Assembly (NCBI GenBank): GCA_018396535.1
Contig: JAGTQC010000004.1
Span: 32,001 to 96,000, forward strand
Reading direction: 5' to 3'
Length of the DNA: 64,000 nucleotides
Source: Candidatus Bathyarchaeota archaeon
Lineage (GTDB): Archaea; Thermoproteota; CALKCG01; B24; DRYS01
Shown here: one piece after another, positions 49,513 through 58,678 of the stretch
Numbering within the stretch: position 1 is the stretch's first letter
Layout: the number at the start of each line of letters is the position of its first letter
Notes under the pieces: model-generated
Databases searched by the model: none
Seen by the model: the letters and a program-made list of their open reading frames with translations, nothing else
What the model was told of the DNA's origin: nothing
Position numbers and translations under genes: made by a program

Positions 49513-49806
49513 ATGGAGGTAAAGATAGTAGAGGAGAGGTATAACCCACTGTTATGTAGGAGGGAGATAAGGTTTCTAGTCGAGCATAGGGGTAGATCTA
49601 CGCCTATCAAATTCGAGGTTAGGAAGTATCTAGCTGCTATGTTTAATACAGATCTAAGCCTAGTATACATCATAAGGTTTGTTACTAAAACTTCGACTAA
49701 CCTATCTGAAGGTCTATGCCATGTATATGATAGTAAGGAGTATGTAGAACGTCTAGTACCAGATTTTATACGGAGGAAGAATGAGTCTACGCAATCTGGA
49801 GGTTGA
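49513..49806 (+). CDS. rps24e: 30S ribosomal protein eS24
   Basis: ERYNPLL.RREI.F...H....TP, HVYDS. Confidence 0.93.
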   Translation: MEVKIVEERYNPLLCRREIRFLVEHRGRSTPIKFEVRKYLAAMFNTDLSLVYIIRFVTKTSTNLSEGLCHVYDSKEYVERLVPDFIRRKNESTQSGG

Positions 49807-49812
49807 TAGAGG

Positions 49813-50013
49813 GTGGCTAGCTCTAGAAGGAAGAGGGGGTTATGGTCTCTATTCGAGTATGATTATAGGACTGGAGTTATAAAGCTTAAAGCAGAGTATT
49901 GTCCACGTTGTAGATCTATCATGGCATTCCATAAGGAGCCTGTAGCTAGATGGTATTGTGGTAGATGCCATTATACAGAGTATGTTAGGATTAGGAGGAG
50001 GGCGTCAACCTAG
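49813..50013 (+). CDS. rps27ae: 30S ribosomal protein S27ae (eS31)
   Basis: CPRC...MA.H.....RWYCGRCHYT zinc ribbon after rps24e. Confidence 0.92.
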   Translation: MASSRRKRGLWSLFEYDYRTGVIKLKAEYCPRCRSIMAFHKEPVARWYCGRCHYTEYVRIRRRAST

Positions 50014-50054
50014 CTATCTAGGCTCAAACATATAAGGAACCCTATAATATATGG

Positions 50055-50816
50055 ATGTTTAAGGTTATGAAGACTCTACTTCAAGTCGAGAATCTATCTG
50101 TGAATGTAGGATCTACATGTATAATTAGAGGGTTAAACCTATCCGTCGATAAGGGTGAGGTTATCCTACTCTTAGGTCCAAACGGGTCTGGTAAATCTAC
50201 ATTCCTCCATGCGTTGATAGGTGATCCGAGGTATAGGATATCGTCTGGTAGGATAATATTCGATGGTATAGATGTATCATCGATGCCTATGACGGATAGG
50301 GTTAAGCTAGGGTTGAGTTTAGGTTTACAGTTTCCACCTAGGATTAAGGGTATAACTCTAAGATTTCTAGCTGAGAGGATTTTAGAGAGGAGGGGTGTTA
50401 CCAGTAGTGTTATCAGTAGCGTTATCGAGGGGTATTCGCGTATGTTGAATCTTGGTGGTCTTCTCGATAAGGATCTTTATGTAGGTTTTAGTGGTGGGGA
50501 GATTAAGAGAGCTGAGCTTATGATTACGCTTATCCAAGCTCCTAAGCTTCTTATGCTTGATGAACCTGATTCCGGTGTTGATGTAGAGAATCTAGCTTTG
50601 GTAGGTTCGGCTATTTCGAAATATCTATCTGAGGATGTTGGTAGATCTGCGATTATAATAACGCATACAGGGTATATAGCTAGGTATGTTAAAGCTACTA
50701 AAGCATATGTTATGGTGAATGGTAGGATAGTATGTAGGGGTGATCCTGAGATCCTTGTATCTAATATCCTAGAGCATGGGTTTGAGAAATGTTTTAGATG
50801 TGAGGGGATGATCTAG
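50055..50816 (+). CDS. sufC: Fe-S cluster assembly ATPase SufC
   Basis: GPNGSGKST, VGFSGGEIKR.E, LDEPDSGVD, ITH.G; precedes sufB. Confidence 0.9.
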   Translation: MFKVMKTLLQVENLSVNVGSTCIIRGLNLSVDKGEVILLLGPNGSGKSTFLHALIGDPRYRISSGRIIFDGIDVSSMPMTDRVKLGLSLGLQFPPRIKGITLRFLAERILERRGVTSSVISSVIEGYSRMLNLGGLLDKDLYVGFSGGEIKRAELMITLIQAPKLLMLDEPDSGVDVENLALVGSAISKYLSEDVGRSAIIITHTGYIARYVKATKAYVMVNGRIVCRGDPEILVSNILEHGFEKCFRCEGMI

Positions 50817-52028
50817 GTGAAGTCGAGGAAGGTTAGGGATGATCTTAGAGAGAGAGCTTTATCAGCTTTATCCAAACCCTCAACCTACGGTTTAGATATA
50901 GATTTATCAAGATTCACAGCTAGCCTAGGCTCAGATATCATGGATATAGAATCATATACAGATGCTATGCTATCCGTAGGGGTTGATCCTGAAGAGAGGG
51001 GGAGGGGTGGAAGCTACTATCAGATAGATAATGTAGCCGCATACTCCTCATCAAGATATAAAGGATTGATAGTGAAGCCTATAAGCGAAGCATTAGAAGA
51101 TGAATCTATCCTAGAATACTACTGGAAAGCAGTACCGGTAGATCTAGATAAGTATACAGCTACAGCCTTCCTATACGAGAAGGATGGATACTATATAGAG
51201 GTTAAGGATAGAGTCGAGATACCCATACCTGTACAAGCATGCATACTGTTAAAAAGCCCATCACTTATACAAGTCCCACATAACATAGTAGTAGTAGGTG
51301 AAGGATCCAAACTACACCTAATAACCGGGTGTACAGTAGCTAGAGAGAATCCGGGAGTACATATAGGAATATCAGAATTCTATGTTAAGAAGAATGGGCT
51401 CCTAACATTCACTATGATACATAGCTGGAGTAAGGGTATGCATATACGTCCAAGAACAATCGTATACGTAGAGGATGGAGGAATATTCATAAGCCAATAC
51501 ATATCAACATCGCTAGTAGATTCCATACAATCATACCCTACCATCCATCTAGTAGGAGAGAATAGCAGCTCCCACCTCTCATCGATAATAATCGGTAGAG
51601 GCTCATCGCATATAGATATAGGTGGAGCTATAGAGCTTAAAGCTCCAGGATCCACAGGCGAGGTTACATCTAGGGTTATATCTATGGATGAGAGTAGGAT
51701 TACATCTAGAGGTAGAATATCAGGGTTTATACGAGGAGTAAAGGGGCATATAGAATGTAGAGGACTCATACTCTCAGAAAACTCATCCATATACGCTATA
51801 CCAGAACTAGAAGCTAAAGCATACGATGTACAGCTAACACATGAAGCAGCTGTAGGTAGGATAGCAGAAGAGGAGATAATATACCTAATGGCTAAAGGAT
51901 TCACAGAGGATGAAGCTAGATCTATGATAATAAGAGGATTCCTACAACCTAAGATCCCTATACCACTACCTAGACAATTGGTAGACTATCTATCCATGGC
52001 TATGGAGAAGATAGCGTATGCACTTTAA
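50817..52028 (+). CDS. sufB: Fe-S cluster assembly scaffold SufB/SufD family
   Basis: PVQAC, HN, ITGC, H.GISEFY, TM.H.W, GH.EC.GL, PEL, THEAAVG.IA.E.I.YLM.KG. Confidence 0.9.
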   Translation: MKSRKVRDDLRERALSALSKPSTYGLDIDLSRFTASLGSDIMDIESYTDAMLSVGVDPEERGRGGSYYQIDNVAAYSSSRYKGLIVKPISEALEDESILEYYWKAVPVDLDKYTATAFLYEKDGYYIEVKDRVEIPIPVQACILLKSPSLIQVPHNIVVVGEGSKLHLITGCTVARENPGVHIGISEFYVKKNGLLTFTMIHSWSKGMHIRPRTIVYVEDGGIFISQYISTSLVDSIQSYPTIHLVGENSSSHLSSIIIGRGSSHIDIGGAIELKAPGSTGEVTSRVISMDESRITSRGRISGFIRGVKGHIECRGLILSENSSIYAIPELEAKAYDVQLTHEAAVGRIAEEEIIYLMAKGFTEDEARSMIIRGFLQPKIPIPLPRQLVDYLSMAMEKIAYAL

Positions 52029-52431
52029 ATACAGTAGATATACCACCCTATATGGCTTAATCGTATCTGGGAGAGGCGTCGCATCCAAATTCACATCATA
52101 CCGATGGTTCAAAGAATTTATAAGAGATAGATTCGGATTCACACCCACACCAGGCACCCTAAACATACTACTAGCACCTAGATCATCCATCATCCTCCAA
52201 AAAATTCTATCAAACCCTAACCTAGGAGTTAAGCTAGAACCCCCAGAAGGATTCAAACCAGCAGTACTATTCAAAGCTAGCATACTAGGCGTACCATCAG
52301 CTCTAGTACACCCAATCATAGAAGGTAGACGTATAGAGCTCGCCGAATTCGTATCACCAGTAAACTTTAGAAGATCATTCAACCTAAAGGATCTAACACC
52401 AATACTCGTACAGCTAGATATAGATAAATAG
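52018..52431 (+). CDS. ribK: CTP-dependent riboflavin kinase (no HTH domain)
   Basis: G.IVSG.G....F, GF.P.PGTLN, E..SP..R....L.D. Confidence 0.8.
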   Translation: MHFKYSRYTTLYGLIVSGRGVASKFTSYRWFKEFIRDRFGFTPTPGTLNILLAPRSSIILQKILSNPNLGVKLEPPEGFKPAVLFKASILGVPSALVHPIIEGRRIELAEFVSPVNFRRSFNLKDLTPILVQLDIDK

Positions 52432-52451
52432 CTGTAAGCATAACACATATA

Positions 52452-52534
52452 TTAGGCGATGAAGATTCTCCTCGCCGCTCCAGTCTGATGAGCTGCGGGG
52501 GCTCGGTGAAGACGCCTGCGACAACAGAGCCTAA
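52452..52534 (+). ncRNA. Probable box C/D guide sRNA (extended)
   Basis: GC-rich intergenic island bounded by TTAGGC/GCCTAA; C-like GCGATGA 52456-62, D' CTGA 52485-88, C'-like GTGAAGA 52506-12, 12-nt guide CGCCTGCGACAA, D-like CAGA 52525-28. Confidence 0.65.
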
Positions 52535-52584
52535 CCCCCACATAGTAAACGTTTAAATCAGTATAGAACAAGCTATCTACCCCT

Positions 52585-53613
52585 ATGTACCATCTATCCA
52601 CCGATAAGCTTATCGAAGCTAAAGCTATGCTCCACAGTCATAGCACAGCTTCAGATGGTAGACTCCAACCTATAAAGGTTATAGAATACTACCGCTCAAA
52701 CGGTTTCAAAATAGTATCGCTAACCGATCATGGTAAGATAACAAAGCTAGATCAACCCCAAAACTGTATATTCATACCAGGCGTAGAGGTATCCGCAGGT
52801 AGATCTAAACTCGGCGAGCCATACCATATAGTAGCTCTCATGATCGAAGATGAAAGTATACTAGAAGCTAAGGATAACCCTCAAGAATTAATCGATAGAA
52901 TATCAAGCTCCGGAGGCTTATCCTTCATAGCCCACCCCCACTGGTCGAACCTAGTCTACGAAGATCTAGCAGAGCTTAAGGGGTACATAGGTATAGAAAT
53001 CTACAATACAGGCTGCGAAGTCGAGGTATCCAAAGGCTTCTCCACAACATACTGGGATAACATACTATCAAACAACCCCCGTATACTAGGATTAGCTGTG
53101 GATGATGCTCACAGATATACAACACCCCCGATCGACTCCCTAGGAGGATGGGTTACCCTCCTAATCGATGAAGAAAGCTGCGATTCAGCTATCGATGCTC
53201 TCAAGCATGGCAGATTCTACTCATCGATGGGTCCTGAGATAAAGCTTCTAGAAGCCTCCGATAACTCTATAGATATAGTATCATCACCTGTGGAGAAGGT
53301 TTCGATAATATCTGTTAACGGTAAGGGTTTCAGTCTAGCTATACCCGATCTAAGATTACTCATAAGATTATGGAAGGATAAGGAGGGGAGGCGGAGCATA
53401 GAGAATATAGTTTCATCGATCGACGTAGATGTAGGAAGGGAGGGTGAGGTTATAATGGTGGAATCAAGGTATGGTAAGATACGATTCATAATCGCTAGTG
53501 GAGGAATAACAAGCTTCTCCTGGAGGGGGAGGCTAGGATCAAAGTATATCAGAATCGAGGTTATGGATTACAACGGTCGTAGAGCATGGTCAAACCCTAT
53601 ACCTACATATTGA
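52585..53613 (+). CDS. PHP-domain metallohydrolase (CehA/McbA-like)
   Basis: LHSHSTASDG, LTDH, PGVE, AHPHW, IEIYN, VDDAH, G.FYSS.GP, AWSNPI. Confidence 0.88.
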   Translation: MYHLSTDKLIEAKAMLHSHSTASDGRLQPIKVIEYYRSNGFKIVSLTDHGKITKLDQPQNCIFIPGVEVSAGRSKLGEPYHIVALMIEDESILEAKDNPQELIDRISSSGGLSFIAHPHWSNLVYEDLAELKGYIGIEIYNTGCEVEVSKGFSTTYWDNILSNNPRILGLAVDDAHRYTTPPIDSLGGWVTLLIDEESCDSAIDALKHGRFYSSMGPEIKLLEASDNSIDIVSSPVEKVSIISVNGKGFSLAIPDLRLLIRLWKDKEGRRSIENIVSSIDVDVGREGEVIMVESRYGKIRFIIASGGITSFSWRGRLGSKYIRIEVMDYNGRRAWSNPIPTY

Positions 53614-53707
53614 TGTATACCGTACCTCCCACACTCGCTAATACGAATCCCTACTAAACGTTTTAGAATTAGAATTTTATACAATACATGGCATAGCGTA
53701 TAGTAGA

Positions 53708-55210
53708 ATGCCTGTAAAAGTATCTATAGGACGTAGAGGTATCATAGCCGATCATCCTATAGCTGTTAAGGTAGGATTAGATATTATAGAGGATGGAGGC
53801 AACATCTTCGATACCGCTATATCCGTAAGCGCTGCTCTCTCAGTCGTCCAGCCGCAGATGAGTGGACCCGGTGGTGATGGCTTCATACTAGGATTCCTCG
53901 ATGATGAAGTTATAGCCTACGCATCCTCAGGCGCATCCCCTAGCGGATTCGATACAGATAGGTATCTCGAAGAGAAGCCTACTAGAGGCCCCTTAACAGT
54001 AACGATACCCGGTCTCGTATATCTATGGGGCTACCTCTACGAAAACTACGCATCCCTACCCTTAGAGAAGCTTCTGAAACCAGCTATAGATCTAGCCTAC
54101 AACGGATTCTATGCAGGCTGGCTCCTATCATCCTCATCCAAAGCTTATGAAATAGATCTAGATAGCTATGAGTGGAGAAGGTATTTCAAAGGTTTAAAGC
54201 TAGGGGATCTCGTAGTCAATAAAGAGCTAGCTAGAACATTGAAGCTTATAGCTTCTAGAGGTTGGAGAGAATTCTATGAAGGTGAACTCGCTGAGGAGAT
54301 GGTAGCTCAGCTTAGAGAGCAGGGTGTAGGCGTATGTATAGACGATTTTAGAAATCATAGAGGTATAGAGGTTAAGCCTCTAAAACTCGAGGCTGACGAT
54401 CAGATACTATACGAGCTTCCCCCTAATACCCAAGGTGTAGCTACGCTTCAATCGATAACCGCTCTATACGAGCTCGGTATGAGTAGGCTAGCATTCGATG
54501 ATAGTGAGAGGATAAAGGCTTGGAGTAAACCTATAGAGAGGATATACTGGTTTAGGGATACGTTTCTAGGCGACCCAGGCTTCATGAAGATCGATATAGA
54601 AGATTATAAAACATTCTCATCCATAGAGAAGCTTCAACAGATCGAAGCATGCAGGGATCCTCCTAGCGGGATAGGTGATACAACATTCTTCGTAGTATCT
54701 GATAGCGATGTTATCCTAGGCTTCATACAAAGCCTATTCCACCCATTCGGATCAGGTCTTATAGCTGGAGGCTTCCCCATACAGAATCGTGGAGTCGGCT
54801 TCGCTAAAGAAAGAGGTTTACCGAATAGCCCAGCACCATGCAAGAAGCCCCTCCATACACTATCGATCTTAGCTATCGAAAACGAGGATAGGAAGTATAT
54901 AGTAGGATGCGTAGGAGGTGATGTTAGACCTCAGCTTCATTTAAGAGTCTACGAGAATATATTCATCTACAAGATGAATCCTGTAGAAGCCGTGGATGCT
55001 CCAAGATTCATGTACACCGTACCTAGGGGTATACAGAAGGTGATCGTCGAGGAGCCGTTGAAGCCTCCCAGATTATCGAGTAGCATAGAAGCAGTACAAG
55101 TCGGGTATTATGGTAGCCCAGGCTACGTTCACGTAGCAGTACTCGATAAGGGGAGAACGCTACTAGCTAGCGATCCTAGAAGCGAGGGTATAGCGTTAGC
55201 TATCCGATAA
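53708..55210 (+). CDS. ggt: Gamma-glutamyltransferase family (Ntn hydrolase)
   Basis: VVQP.MSG.GGDGF, PPNTQG, GDTTFF (nucleophile Thr), IQSLF.PFGSG, QNRG, KPLHTL, SDPRSEG. Confidence 0.9.
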   Translation: MPVKVSIGRRGIIADHPIAVKVGLDIIEDGGNIFDTAISVSAALSVVQPQMSGPGGDGFILGFLDDEVIAYASSGASPSGFDTDRYLEEKPTRGPLTVTIPGLVYLWGYLYENYASLPLEKLLKPAIDLAYNGFYAGWLLSSSSKAYEIDLDSYEWRRYFKGLKLGDLVVNKELARTLKLIASRGWREFYEGELAEEMVAQLREQGVGVCIDDFRNHRGIEVKPLKLEADDQILYELPPNTQGVATLQSITALYELGMSRLAFDDSERIKAWSKPIERIYWFRDTFLGDPGFMKIDIEDYKTFSSIEKLQQIEACRDPPSGIGDTTFFVVSDSDVILGFIQSLFHPFGSGLIAGGFPIQNRGVGFAKERGLPNSPAPCKKPLHTLSILAIENEDRKYIVGCVGGDVRPQLHLRVYENIFIYKMNPVEAVDAPRFMYTVPRGIQKVIVEEPLKPPRLSSSIEAVQVGYYGSPGYVHVAVLDKGRTLLASDPRSEGIALAIR

Positions 55211-55226
55211 CCATAGCTATCATACA

Positions 55227-56141
55227 CTATCCTCCCACATACTCCCTCCAGTATCTGGAGCTTTCTCTAAGCTCCTCAAGTACCTTATCATCCGGGTACT
55301 CGAATGGATGTATAACCTCTAGGAATAGGTATACCCTACCAGCTCCCCCCTCATCCAGAGTCGAGATGAGTTTAGATGGCTGTATTATACCGATCCTATT
55401 ATACTCTACGGTGAACGGCCAGTGTCTATCAGCCTTACCATCGGTTTGCTGTACATGTATGCAAGGCGTATACTTAGATAGCCTCCTAACCCATTCATAG
55501 GGATCCCTATCCTCTGGTGTAGGTGCCTCCGGGTTACATGCATGACCTAGATCTATACATAGCTTTACCGAAGCTTTAGGATCCCTAGATACCTCCGCCA
55601 TAAGATACTCTGCTTCAGATATAGTCGAGGGCACCTCCCTCGGTACAGGCATAGGCTCTACTAGTATACTCTTCAAACCTAGATCTAAAGCCCTATATGA
55701 TAGAGATTTCAGCGAATCTATAAGGATCGATTCTATATACGATCTCCTACCCCTATCCCTATAATCTCTTACAGACATAGCTCCCACATGCCCACCTACA
55801 GCTTCAGCTCTAAACCTAGATGCAAGCTCTATAGCTTTAACATACCAGCTATATCCATCCATCCTCATAGACATATATGGATGGGATAGTAAATTGAAGG
55901 AATACGCTGCCAACCCTGTGAAGCAGCTTTGAATAATTACACCATAGCTTCTACAAGCATCTATAGTCCTGTATACGATATCATCCAAAGCCTCCGGGTT
56001 CGACCTGGGATCTAGTAGATCATATGAGAATTGCACATATCTCAGATCCAGTTTGCTAGCTACTATCTCAACCCATACCTCAGGCTCGATCCATCTCTTA
56101 ACAGCCCAGCAATTATTTATACCTAGGATAGGTTCAACCAT
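55227..56141 (-). CDS. Xylose-isomerase-like TIM barrel sugar-phosphate epimerase, EryC-like
   Basis: LGINNC.AVKRW.EP, EPMPV.RE.P, DLGH, HVQQTDG..DRHWPFT...N..G.I, LEVIHPFE. Confidence 0.8.
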   Translation of the reverse strand: MVEPILGINNCWAVKRWIEPEVWVEIVASKLDLRYVQFSYDLLDPRSNPEALDDIVYRTIDACRSYGVIIQSCFTGLAAYSFNLLSHPYMSMRMDGYSWYVKAIELASRFRAEAVGGHVGAMSVRDYRDRGRRSYIESILIDSLKSLSYRALDLGLKSILVEPMPVPREVPSTISEAEYLMAEVSRDPKASVKLCIDLGHACNPEAPTPEDRDPYEWVRRLSKYTPCIHVQQTDGKADRHWPFTVEYNRIGIIQPSKLISTLDEGGAGRVYLFLEVIHPFEYPDDKVLEELRESSRYWREYVGG

Positions 56142-56252
56142 AATACACCACCATTATGATCCGAATAGAAATCTACGGATAGTATACCATATAAGGCTTA
56201 CCCTTCACATCAGTATACTTCCAGAGATAGCTTTAACTCTCTATGGATACCT

Positions 56253-57107
56253 ATGCTCTATCAGAGGTGTCCTCTAGGTTTGTGTACGATAGGTAAAATC
56301 CTCAGGCTTAGAAGGATATTTCGTAGAGATACTGGTAGATCGTTCATAGTAGCTATAGATCATGGTGTTAGATTCGGAGCTATAAAGGGTATAGAGGATC
56401 CACGTATACCTGTTAAAGCTGCTAGGGATGGCGGTGCAGACGCTGTTATGGCTACACCCGCTATAGCTAGGATAATATACGATGATCTCGGAGATATGTC
56501 TCTAATAGCTAGGATCGATGGAGCTGCTACGATCATAGGTCCAGATATAACAGATGACGATATAATATCCCCGGTCGAGGATGCTATCGCTATAGGAGCT
56601 GATGCAGTAGTAGCCTTCGGATATGTAGGAGTAGAGAAGGAGAAGTCTAGTCTTAGAAAGCTTAGCATAATATCATCAAGATGTTTCAGATACGGTATCC
56701 CCCTCATGGCTGAGATGATCCCTCCAGAACTATCATCCAAACACTACGCTAAGAAGAAGGGTGAATGGGAGGTGGATATAGATAGGCTTAAACTAGCTGT
56801 TAGAGTTGGAGCAGAGCTTGGAGCCGATATGATAAAAACATACTATACCGGTGATCCAGATAGTTTTAAAGAAGTCGTTAAAGCCTCCCCCATACCCATA
56901 CTAGTATTAGGCGGCCCACCTACAGATAGCGTGGAAGACTTCCTATCCATGATAGAGGCATCTATAGAAGCAGGAGCTAGGGGGGCTGTCATAGGTAGGA
57001 ATGTATGGCAGCATAGTAATCCAACAATCATGGTTAAAGCTCTATCAGGTATAGTTCACAGATACATATCTCTAGAGGAGGCTATGAGATGGCTGAGAGA
57101 AGGTTGA
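56253..57107 (+). CDS. DhnA/LsrF-type class I aldolase
   Basis: GK..RL.RIF, VAIDHG, GADAV, R.GAELGADMIKTYY (Schiff-base Lys), LGGP, GA.IGRNVWQ; likely start TTG 56280. Confidence 0.88.
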   Translation: MLYQRCPLGLCTIGKILRLRRIFRRDTGRSFIVAIDHGVRFGAIKGIEDPRIPVKAARDGGADAVMATPAIARIIYDDLGDMSLIARIDGAATIIGPDITDDDIISPVEDAIAIGADAVVAFGYVGVEKEKSSLRKLSIISSRCFRYGIPLMAEMIPPELSSKHYAKKKGEWEVDIDRLKLAVRVGAELGADMIKTYYTGDPDSFKEVVKASPIPILVLGGPPTDSVEDFLSMIEASIEAGARGAVIGRNVWQHSNPTIMVKALSGIVHRYISLEEAMRWLREG

Positions 57108-58618
57108 AGCCACCATATATACTAGGTATAGATTCAGGTACATCTGCATGTAAAGCCGCTCTATTCACCCTAGACGGATGCGTAGTAGCTGAGACATCGG
57201 TAGAGCATAGGATATATCATCCTAGACCAGATTATGCCGAGCAGGATCCGCTTGAATGGTGGTATTCGACGGTTAAAGCTATCTCCTCTATCATTAGGGG
57301 TTCTGGTATAGAACCAAGCGATATAGTAGGGTTATCAGTAGACTCCCAGAGGGAGGCTGTAGTATTCCTAGATAGTAGTGGAGAAAGGCTTACACGGAGT
57401 ATAATATGGCTTGATCGTAGAGCTATACCTCAAACCCAAGCTATATCTAGGATGATAGACCCAGATAGGATACTAGAAGTTACAGGTTTACCTTTAGACT
57501 TCATATTCTCAGCTCCAAAGATACTATGGGTTAAGGAGAATATGCCTGAAACCTATACTAGAACATGGAGGATACTATGCGCTAAGGATTACATAGTGTA
57601 CAGGCTTACAGGAAACACCGTCACGGATTACACGATGGCTTCTAGGACTATGCTATTCGATATACATAAGCTCAGATGGTCTGATGAGATATGCGAAGCT
57701 CTAGGTATAGATCCATCCATACTACCAGAAGCTATAGGTTCATGGGAGGTTGCAGGTGAGGTTACAGAGAGTGCAGCTGAAGCTACCGGGTTAAAACCAG
57801 GTACACCTGTAGCATGTGGTGGAGGAGATAGGCCTTGCGAAGCCTTAGGCGCAGGTGTAGTAGATGAGGGTATGGCTAATATAGGTACAGGTACAGGATC
57901 AGTATTCGAGATACCTCTAGAGAAACCTAAACCTGATAGAGGTATGCGCTTCGATTGCTGCCTCCACGTAGTACCAGGTAGATGGGAGTATGAAGGTATA
58001 GTTAACGCTACAGGCGCATCCCTAAGATGGTTTAGAGATACCTTCTGTCTAACCGAGGCTGTAGAAGCTGGGAGGAGGGGGTTATCGATATACTCAATCC
58101 TAGATGAGGAGGCATCCAAGATCCCAGCGGGATGTGAGGGATTATACTATTATCCACACCTATGGGGTGCACGTCTACCTAAACCTAATCCTAAAGCTAG
58201 AGGCGTGTTCTACGGCATACTACACAGCCATGGTAGAGGACACTTCGTTAGAGCTATACTCGAAGCAGCTGCATTCCAATACCTAGGTACCCTAAGGATA
58301 TTGAGAGAATTAGGCATAGATATTAAGCATATACGTATGGTGGGAGGCGAATCTAAGAGTAGTATCTGGAATAGGATAAAAGCTGATGTAATGGGTATCA
58401 GGGTGGAGATACCTGTTATAAGAGATGCAGCTGCACTAGGCTCAGCTATACTTGGAGGCGTAGCTGCAGGAGTTTATAGAGATCCTAGATCAGCTGCATT
58501 AGAGATGGTAAGGATAGGTGAAGTCTACGATCCAGATCCATCTACTCATAGAGTATACGAGTCCATATACGAGGATTATATCAGAGTTTATCGTAGTATA
58601 GAGGAGACATTCATGTAG
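57089..58618 (+). CDS. FGGY carbohydrate kinase (xylulokinase/erythritol kinase-like)
   Basis: GIDSGTS, AEQDP..WW, SQRE, W.D.R, ASRTMLF, GGGD, GTG, RA.LE, VGG.SKS..W. Confidence 0.9.
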   Translation: MAERRLKPPYILGIDSGTSACKAALFTLDGCVVAETSVEHRIYHPRPDYAEQDPLEWWYSTVKAISSIIRGSGIEPSDIVGLSVDSQREAVVFLDSSGERLTRSIIWLDRRAIPQTQAISRMIDPDRILEVTGLPLDFIFSAPKILWVKENMPETYTRTWRILCAKDYIVYRLTGNTVTDYTMASRTMLFDIHKLRWSDEICEALGIDPSILPEAIGSWEVAGEVTESAAEATGLKPGTPVACGGGDRPCEALGAGVVDEGMANIGTGTGSVFEIPLEKPKPDRGMRFDCCLHVVPGRWEYEGIVNATGASLRWFRDTFCLTEAVEAGRRGLSIYSILDEEASKIPAGCEGLYYYPHLWGARLPKPNPKARGVFYGILHSHGRGHFVRAILEAAAFQYLGTLRILRELGIDIKHIRMVGGESKSSIWNRIKADVMGIRVEIPVIRDAAALGSAILGGVAAGVYRDPRSAALEMVRIGEVYDPDPSTHRVYESIYEDYIRVYRSIEETFM

Positions 58619-58678
58619 AATAACCTCTCTACTAAAGTTAATCTACCCCTATGGTCTAATTCTATATAGGTGGCGTTC

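Noticed and set aside
52485-52512. CTGATGAG as a hammerhead core, or GGCGATG as a fluoride riboswitch start
   Set aside because: No GAAA/stem III and no crcB pseudoknot pattern; a box C/D layout fits better.
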